This document shows, piece by piece, positions 55,201-64,000 of a stretch of DNA of 64,000 nt. Each line of letters opens with the position of its first letter. Position 1 is the first letter of the stretch. The position numbers were made by a program, and so were the translations under genes. Origin of the DNA: an uncultured Planctomycetota bacterium. Lineage in GTDB: Bacteria > Planctomycetota > Planctomycetia > Isosphaerales > Isosphaeraceae. The notes beneath the pieces are model-generated. The model was not told where the DNA came from, ran no database searches, and saw only the letters and a list, made by a program, of their open reading frames with translations. The stretch covers positions 288,001-352,000 of the forward strand of contig CAWGMQ010000011.1 in assembly GCA_963823665.1 (NCBI GenBank), read 5' to 3'.

Positions 55201-58200
55201 GTGCAACCCCCACCGTCCCCAGCACAACGCCGCCGAACTTCGGCTTACCCCCGGCCCCTACCGTCCAGCCCTCGACAAATCCGCTCTTCATCCAGGCGCA
55301 GCAAGGCGTGCCCAATACGCCGCCGGCGACCAACCCCTCCGAATTCCAGACCGTGCTCCAGCCGTTCCAGGCGCAGGCGTTCGCCACCGGATTCGGTCAG
55401 AGCGACGACATATTGGGGCCAATGGCCCTGGCGCAGGAGCCCGATGGCAGTTTCCTGGTGAGCGGCGGCGCGTCGCGCAACAAGCTGTTCCACATCCCCA
55501 AGCTCGGCGGCCCAGCCGGCACGCCGCTGGCCACGCTCCCCTATCCGATCTATGCGATGGCCTTCGATAGCGCGGGTCATCTCTGGGCGGCAACCGGCGG
55601 CGGGCCACTCCTCCAGCTCGACCCGAGCACCGGTGCGATCGTCAACCAGTTCGGCGACGGAATCACTCTTGCCGTGGCTGTGGATCCAGCCACTCAGCAG
55701 ATCTACGTCTCTTCCGCCAAGGGTGTGGAAATCTTCGACCCGACAACGGAAACCTTCACCCAGTACAGCCGCGATCAGAACCTGCGCGTCTCCAGCCTCG
55801 AGTTCGATTCGAGCGGAAACTTGTGGGCCGTCACCTGGCCTGATTCGACGCAGGTTGTCGAATTCGATGCAGACGCCCGCGCCCAGGTCAAGCTGACGTT
55901 CGATTCGGATATCCAGTCGATTGCCTTCGGACAAGTGGGCACGCCGCTCGAGAATCTGCTGTTCGTCTCGCACGACGACGCCCCCAATACACCGGGGGGT
56001 ACGGTGGCCACCACGCCCACCGACTTGACGATGGTCGACGTCACCACGCTCCAGCAGGTTGCCGTCGCCCAGGGGGGTACCCGCGGGTTCGCCGTCCTGG
56101 CAACGAGCGACGGCCGGCTCTTGATCAGCCAGTCGCACGAGGTTGACGTGCTCGAGCCGGTTGTGGCCCCGCAGGTCATTACCAGCAATCCCCCCAGCGG
56201 CGCGACCGAGTCTCTACCGCTGGGCACGATCAGCATCACGTTCGACCACGATATGTTCCAGGGGAGCTCAAGCGACGCTCGCTCGGTGCTGAACCCATCC
56301 AACTATCAACTGACGAGCGACACGGGCGCGACCATCCCGATCACCGGAGTGACCTACGACGCGGACAGCAGGACTGCGTTCCTCACCCTGGGCGCCATGG
56401 AGCCCGGCGGCTACACCATCAGCGTCAAGACTTCCATCCAGAGTACCGACAACCTCGCCCTCGCTCAGGCTTACTCCAGTCATTTCCTGACGATCACCGA
56501 CATCACCCAGCAGGTCACGCTCGAATTCTACGACGGTAGGTCGAATGCAGCCGCCAAGACTTATAGCTACAACCTGACGATCACCAATAACGGCCCGACC
56601 ACTCTCTTGTCTCCGTTCTACTTGACTTTCGATGGACTGGCGCCGACCGGCGATCAGGTGCTCGGCGTCACCAGTCAAACCACTCAAGGCACGTGGTGGC
56701 TGGATGTCGATAGCGTCATCACCGGCGGCAAGCTGGCTTCCGGTCAAACGTCGCAGGTGGCAACGATCACCTTCTACAACCCGTCGGGCAAGAGGATGAC
56801 CTTCCAGAGCGGACTGCTCGCCTTGCCCTCTGCGAATGCCAGCCCGGTGATCACCGCAGGCCCATCGACAACGGTGAACGCCGGCAAGCTTTATTCGTCA
56901 ACCGTGCGCACCACAGACCCCAACAATTATCCGCTGGGCTACCTGCTCTTGAGTGGTCCCGCCGGGCTCTCGGTTAATTCATCCAGTGGGCTTATAACTT
57001 GGCAGACCCAGACCACAAGTCCGGCTAGGGCGCCGGTGAGCATCGACGTCTATGATTCGCACGGAAGCTTCACGCCGCTCGAGTTCGTCATCCAGGTGGT
57101 TGGCGGCAGCAGCGCCCCGGTGATAAGCCCGCTGCCAGCACAGCTCAGCGGGCAAGAGGGCCAGCCCATCGTGCTCACCGTGAGTGCCGTCGACCCGGGT
57201 GGTCTGCCCCTGGTCTACTGGGCCGACCACTTGCCAGGCGGCGCGACTTTGACCCGACCACCCACAGCCTGCTCTGGGAGCCCGACTACACGCAGGCGGG
57301 AACATATAATGGTTTGACATTCTATGTCAGCGACGGTGTGACCACCGTCAGCTCGAGCGTCACCCTCTTGATCGCACCGGCTCCACCGCCGCCGCAGCTT
57401 GCTCCGGTGCCGGACCAGACGGTGGCCGAAGGCGCGGACCTGCGCTTCACTCTGGACGGCAGCGACGCTGACGGCTCGCCGGTTACGTATTCGAGTGCTG
57501 ATCTGCCCGAGAACGCGACGCTCAACCCGATCACCGGTGTCTTCGACTGGCCGGTCGGCTATGACCAGACCGGCACGTTGACCGTGCCGTTTACCGCAAC
57601 CAGCTCGGACGGCATCTCGACCACGCAGATGGCTACCTACACGATTCTGCCCGCGCCAGCGGCGCCGGTCTTCACCTCGCTCCAGAGCTGGCAAGTGAAT
57701 GAGGGTCAACCGATTTCCTTCGTCGCATTCGCCGTCGATCCGCACAACCCGACCTTCGTCTTGCCGACACGGCTGCCCGATGGAACGCTCTCACCGTACC
57801 CGACCACCCAGCCGACCGTCACCTACAGCGCCAGCGGCCTGCCGCCCGGTGCGTCGTTCGACCCGGACACCGCCCTCTTTAGCTGGACCCCCGCCAACCA
57901 CCAGAACGGAACGTACAACGTCGTTTTCACGGCGACCAACGATGGCTACGGCGGTCCGCTCTCGAGCAGCGTGACCGTGCCGATCACCGTGTTAATTGTC
58001 AACCACGCGGCGGTGATCACTCCCATTGCCGATATCACCGTCGCCGCCGGTGGGTCGTTTGACCAGGCCGTGACGGCGATCGACCCCGACGGCAACCCGG
58101 TCACGCTTTCGGTCGAAAACGGCATTTCCGGCTATCCAGTTCCGAGCTGGGTGACCCTGACCGACAACGGCGGGGGCAATGGAATCTTCCAGTTCAACCC

Positions 58201-61200
58201 GCCGGCCGGCAATCGCGGAACCTACGCACTGACTCTGCTGGCAACCGACAACGGCGATGGCCTGGGCCCCGCCGGCGTGCTGACGAGCCAGTACACATTC
58301 ATCGTCACCGTCACGTCGGCCATCCAGCAGCCGGTGCTGGGCTACATCGGCAACCAGGTTGCCCTGATCGGTCAGCCGTTTGCGCTCAACTTGCAGGCGA
58401 GTGAGCCCGACCAGGACAACCTGTCGTACACCGTTGTCGGGCTGCCGTCCGCGGCGGTGCTAACACCCGGATCAATCTATGGAACTGCCACGCTCAACTG
58501 GACGCCGGGCACGGCCGATACGGGTGCGTACAACGTCACTTTCATAGTGGCCGATTTGGGCAACGGCCAGGTCACGCAGCCCTCGTCGACTTCGACCACC
58601 ATCCGGCTGATCGTACGGTCTACCGACACGGCGCCGGTATTCGCGACCAACCCGGAAAGCGCCACGGTTGCCGAAGGGCAGTTGCTCACGTTGCCGGTCA
58701 CCGCCACGAAGGAAGAAGGGGACGCGCTGACATACACCGCGCAGAATCTTCCGGCTGGTGCGACGCTGGACCCGGCCACCGGCGTGTTGTCGTGGACGCC
58801 GCAACCGGGCCAGGCAGCCAATTATTCGGTGCAGGTCACCGCCGGCGACGGCAGCCTGAGCAGCACCGACACGGTGGACATCACGGTAACCCACACGAAC
58901 TTCCCGCCGGTATTCGTGCCGCTGTTGCCGCAATACGCCCGGGAAGCGGCGCCGGTGCAGTTCACCGTCGTGGCCGATGACGTGGACGGCGCTCCGCTGT
59001 TGTACGACCTGGTGAATCCGCCGTCGGGCGCGACGGTCAATGCGATGACCGGGGTCTTCAACTGGACGCCGGGCTACGGCACGGCGGGCGACTACAACTT
59101 GCAGTTCACCGCCACGGATCCTTCGGGTGCCACTTCCTCGCTCGACGTATTGTTAGACGTCGCTCATGTTGTCCGGGCGCCGTTGCTTGATACGCCGAAC
59201 CATCAGGCCACGCTGGGCGTACCGCTTTCATTCCAGATCCAGGCGACCGATCTGGACGCCGGCACGACTCTCAGTTACGGGGCGATCAACCTCCCCACAG
59301 GCGCCTCGATCAACGCCCAATCCGGCCAGTTCCAGTGGACGCCCGGGCCGTCGCAGGCCGGCGACTATGTTGTCACGCTCCAGGTCTCCGACGGACAGGC
59401 GACGTCGACACAGAACATCGTCATCATCGCCTCGGTGCAGCCCGAGCTGCCGGCAGTCACGATCGTGCTCACACCCAGCTTCCCGGCAATCCCCGGCCAG
59501 CAGGTGATCGTCAATGCGATTGCCGAGAGTGTGGCGCCGATCACCAGCGTGGTTCTCATGATCAACGGCCAGCCGGTGGCGCTCAATTCGAGCGGCCAGG
59601 CGACGATCACCGCCGGAGCGCCCGGACAGACATTGATCACGGCAACGGCGACCGACGCGGACGGCTTGATCGGTACCGCCACAACTTACCTCGCCGTGCG
59701 CGACCCGAATGACACAACACCGCCGGCCGTCTCCTTCGACAGTTCCGTGATCAACGCGGTCTTGACCGCGCCCTTCAACATTCTTGGCACCGTGTCGGAT
59801 AGCAACCTGGCCTCGTGGACCCTGGAGATTGCAACTCCGAGCGATCCGAACTTCACCACGCTGGCCACCGGGCGAGCGACGGTGAGCGACAGCACTCTCG
59901 CCCAGCTCGTGCCAGCCAACCTGGCCAACGGCGTTTACCAGCTTCTCTTGACCGCAAGCGACTTGAGCGGCAACACGACACAGACGCAAACCCAGATCGA
60001 GATCAACACCCCCACCAAGGCCAACGATAATGTGGTGACCGACGCGGATGTGAGCGTCAACCTCGATGGCACGACCGTGCTCATCGAGCGCACCTACGAT
60101 CCGCTGATGAGCGGAGGGACCGGCGACTTTGGCTATGGCTGGACCTTTGTTAACCGCGAGACGGATCTCCAGACCGACGTGCCGGCGACGGGTCAGGAAG
60201 ACGTCGGAATCTACAATCCCTTCCGCGACGGCACGTCGGTCTACCTGACCCTGCCCACCGGCAGTCGGGTCCAGTTCAAATTCGCGCCGGTGAGCTTTCT
60301 GATTGACGGCCAGACTTTCTACCACCCCGCCTGGCAAGCCGGTTCCGGCGTCACCTACACCCTGGCCTCCACGAGCGACGTGCTCACCAAGGCCGGAAAC
60401 CGCTATTACGACCTGGCGAGCGGCCTGCCGTACAACCCGGCCGACCCGTTCTTTTCCGGTCCGAGCTACACGCTCACCGGTCCCGACGGCACTCGTTATT
60501 ATCTCGACGGCCAGGGGAACATCACCGGCGAGGTGACTCCCACCGGTGCGCAGCTTTATATCAGCAACAGCGGCATCACGGCCGCGAACGGGGCGACAAT
60601 CCAGTTCCTCCGGAACGCACAGGGCTTTATCACCAGCATTCTCACGCCCAACGGCCAGCTCATCACCTATCAGTACGCTGCATCCGGCGACCTGGTCGCC
60701 ATGCAAAACGTGACCACGGGTGGATCGCAGCGCTACGGATACGACCTGTCCGTGCCGCACCTGCTGGTCTCTGCCGTACGCAGCAACGGCGACAGCGTGC
60801 TCATTCAGCCGGGTACGACCACATCGAGCTTCATCCAGCGCGACCTGGGTAGTCCGGCCGAGTTTTCGGGGACGACGATCAACAACACTCTGGCCGCTGG
60901 CACCACCAACCTTTTCTCCTTCCGCTTTGACCAGAGCGAGCTGGACTCGACCGCGACGGGCACCGTCATCCTCCGCGTGCTGGTGCAAGGGACGGATGGG
61001 GTTTTCGTCCCCGGCGTGCCGACGATCGCCGGCGTCTCCCCGTCGTCCGTCAACGTGCGCGGCAGCATCGTCGTGGCGCTTTTCGACATCAGCCAGCCCG
61101 GCCTCTACGTGGTGACGATCTCAGGTGCCAAGCCGACGACGACGGGTAACTACTCCCTGAACCTGACGGTCGCGGGCGATTTGAACGGCGACGGCTTCGT

Positions 61201-64000
61201 GAATGGAACGGACAGCGCGCTTCTCACAGCGGCGCTGGGCAGCACGGCCGGGAGCAGCAACTACAGCCTGGCCGCCGATATCAACGGCGACGGCGTCGTG
61301 AACGCGGCAGACACACTGCTCCTGGATGCCGATTTCGGCTTCCACGCAACCCCCGCGCCCACCCTGACCACACCCCCGGCGCAACCCGCATTCGACCTGG
61401 ATGTCAACGACGACACCGGCGCGCCCGGTGCCGGCATCACGACGGACTCCACGGTAACCTTCGTCGGCCAGACCGACCCCGACGTATCGGTCACGCTGGA
61501 ACAAACGGGGGCCGTCGCTGAGTCGAACGCCAACGGCCTGTTCGTCTTTTTCAACGTACCGCTCTCGGTCGGCGACAACACCTTCACCACCATCGCGACC
61601 AACGCTGGGGACGAAAGCAGTCAATTCACGAAGATCTTCACTCGCACCCTGCCGGGCCAGAGCTTGACACCGCCGGTCATCACCGCGGCACTTGCCGACG
61701 ACACAGGGCCGTCGTCGCTCGACAACATCACGAGCGACGACACGATCACCGGCAGCATCACCTCGGCAAACCCGATTGTGACGTTCGAGGCCCAGGTCGA
61801 TCAGACCCCGGTGGGCAGCGTGCTCGGGGCGCTCAGCGGCACGAGCTTCACGATCACGCCGTCGCTCCTGGCGACGCTCGACGGGGGTGCTCTCGCCGAC
61901 GGCGAACATACCGTGACCCTTTTCGCCAAGGACTCAAACGGAAATCTTTCGCCGGAAGTTGCCGTGAGCTTCATCCTGATCACGACCCCACCGGCGCCCG
62001 TGACGCCGCAGCTTCTGGCCTCCAGTGATACCGGGATCAGCTCGACCGACGGGATCACGCGCGACACGACTCCGACCTTCAAGGTCAACGCGCCGGCAAA
62101 CGCAATCGTTCGACTCTATGCCAGCGGCGTCCTGGTTGGTAAGGCGACAGTTACGAACGGTCCGGTCTTCATCACGACTCAGGCGCTTTCCGCCCGCACT
62201 TACCAGTTCACCGCCACAGCCGAGGATCTCGCCGGCAACGTCAGTTCGCCGGCCGCGCCCGTGCCGCTGGTGATCATCACCACGCCGCCCGCCACGCCGA
62301 CCTTGGGCCTGGACAGCGGCGTCCCAGAGCCCGCCCGGCCAGCCGACCATGACGAATCTCGGAGTCGTGAACTTGACCGGCACGACGACCGCGGGTTCGT
62401 TTGTCGCGCTCTACCGTGCGTTCGACCTGAACACACCGATCCAGAAAACCCAGGCGGACACGAGCGGCAACTTCACATTCACCAGTATCGCCCTCGCCTC
62501 AGGCAGCCAGTCGTTCACCGTCGTGGCGAGCGACGTTGCCGGCAACACCAGCCAGTTCGCCCAGACGATCACCTCGACGGCGAGCGATTTGACCGCTCCG
62601 GTGATCACCGCGGCGCTGGCCGATGACACCGGCGTCTCGAGCACCGACGGCATCACGTGTGACTCGACGATCACGGGCGTGGTCGATGATCCCAGCGGCG
62701 TGGTCCTCTTCCAGGCCGCCCTCGATGGCGGGAGCACGGTCAATGTGACCTCGCTCCTCTCCGGCGTCGGCTTCACGCTCACGCCGGCGAACCTGGCCAC
62801 ACTGAACGGCGGCACGCCTCTGGTTGATGGGTTGCACAACGTGTCCCTTCAAGCAACCGACAGCTTGGGCCACACGTCGGCGGTATTCCACCTGTCGTTC
62901 GACCTCGAAGCCACGCAGCCATTGCCGCCGGCGAATTTGCACTTGATCCCGAGCGACTTGACCGGCTCGAGCAATACCTTCACCAAGGATCGCTCTCTCA
63001 CGGTGGAGCTCTCCGCCGCTCCGGGCACTCTGGTGACGCTGTACGCAAACGGCGCGGCCGTCGGCGAGCAGACTGCGAGCCAGGCGACGCTCGATTTCGC
63101 CGTCCCGGGTACGCTTGCCGATGGCCAGTACCTCTTCACTGCCACCGCCGGGACCTTGTCGGGCCTCGTTAGCCCGTTCTCGAATCCGTTCACCGTGACG
63201 GTGGACAACGCGCCTCCGGCGATCACCTCGTTCGGGTTGGATTCCACGTTTGAAGCGCCCTCTTACGGCCAGAACGAGACGGTGATGCCGACGGTGCGCC
63301 TGGATGGTCAAACGATCGCGGGTGCTTCGGTCGAGCTGCTCCAGACAGGGGCGACGACAACCGCCGATTCGTCGGGCGACTTCTCGTTCTATCCTGTCAG
63401 CGTGCCCAACCTTGGCACGTACACCTTCACCGCGCAGGTAACCGACGTCGCGGGCAATACAAATACGTTGGCCGCGACGTTCACCCGCATCGACAACACG
63501 CTCCCCTCGAACCTGCTGCCGCCCGATGTGACGCTCAATGTCTCCGAAACAACGGCCCGCGTGGGCGATACCGTGACGCTGACCGTCGTGACTCAGACTC
63601 ACGACAACAAGCCGCTGGCCAATCTGGTCTTGCTGATCAATGGCAACATCGTCGCACTCAATTCCGCCGGCACGGCGACGTTTACCTCCGCGACGCCTGG
63701 AGTGTTCACGGCAGTGGCCAAGGCGTTCGACGCCGAGGGGAACGAGGGAGACGCGACTCAGACATTCACGTATCTCACGCCTCCAAGCGGCTTGCCGGCT
63801 CCCGTGGCCCAATTCAACGAGCAATATGCGACACCCGACGTGACGATGCCGACGGCGATCATGGGGACGGCCAACTCGCCCGCCTTGTTGCAGTACACGC
63901 TCCAGTACTCGGTTCAGGGCCTGAATCAATGGACGACGTTCGCCACCGGCACGGCGCCGGTGGTGAGCGGCACGCTCGGCACGATCGACCCGACGATGAT
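37236..64000 (+). CDS. Giant secreted multidomain adhesin / YD-repeat-associated protein (>8,900 aa, incomplete); frameshifts near 57250 and 62315
   Basis: RRRWRQHFEMLEDRTLL leader; 22 PPC-like, Calx-beta, 6 SdrD-B-like, lectin, 14 CARDB, propeller-like, ~9 putative-Ig, short YD, dockerin-like and Ig-like repeats. One added T gives GATFDPTTHSLLWEP; the third frame is open from ~62315 to the edge. Confidence 0.9.
37420..44255 (+). repeat. Two copies of an 11-domain PPC-like super-repeat (~3.42 kb period)
   Basis: FTFTAPAGLPVYFNSFDRSNGP vs FTFTAPAGLPLEFNSLDRSYGP; identical domain order in both halves. Confidence 0.85.
44560..46955 (+). repeat. Six SdrD-B-like repeats, the third interrupted by a lectin domain
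   Basis: GxVF/YxDxxxxG...GLxxWTV...G.Y.V...NFG pattern. Confidence 0.8.
46960..52525 (+). repeat. About 14 CARDB-like repeats
   Basis: PDLxV...V.WTV.N.G...W.D.V/IYLS...L..G.SY pattern. Confidence 0.82.

Noticed and set aside
1..64000. tRNA or rRNA genes
   Set aside because: None recognised by eye; no covariance search was run.

Overview
High-GC window that looks planctomycete (probably Isosphaeraceae), judging from a DUF1559 protein, an ECF sigma factor with a long membrane-anchored extension, and an LE(D/P)RxLL N-terminus. 1-13 kb is a scrambled accessory region: Ser/Thr kinase, HigBA-type and PIN toxin-antitoxin modules (two of three toxins broken), internally deleted RAYT-like transposase remnants, an IS4 scar, immunity-like genes, a duplicated membrane-protein gene and a FAD2-type desaturase. 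13-21 kb holds an AlkD-like protein, a protein of five ~75-aa repeats, a phospholipase C-DUF1508 fusion, REP hairpins and a DUF2760-Hsp70-molybdopterin-fold operon. 21.1-25.6 kb is an IS1634 element nested in a second IS, with TIRs and target duplications of both visible. 26-37 kb holds DgkA-like and LptD-like genes, a carboxypeptidase-regulatory-repeat protein and an ECF sigma-POTRA-membrane-fusion-protein chimera. From 37.2 kb to the end is one giant secreted protein (>8,900 aa, still open at the edge). About eight 1-2 bp frameshifts fall in short homopolymer or (GC)n runs and are probably assembly errors. All family calls come from motif recognition by eye; no searches were run.
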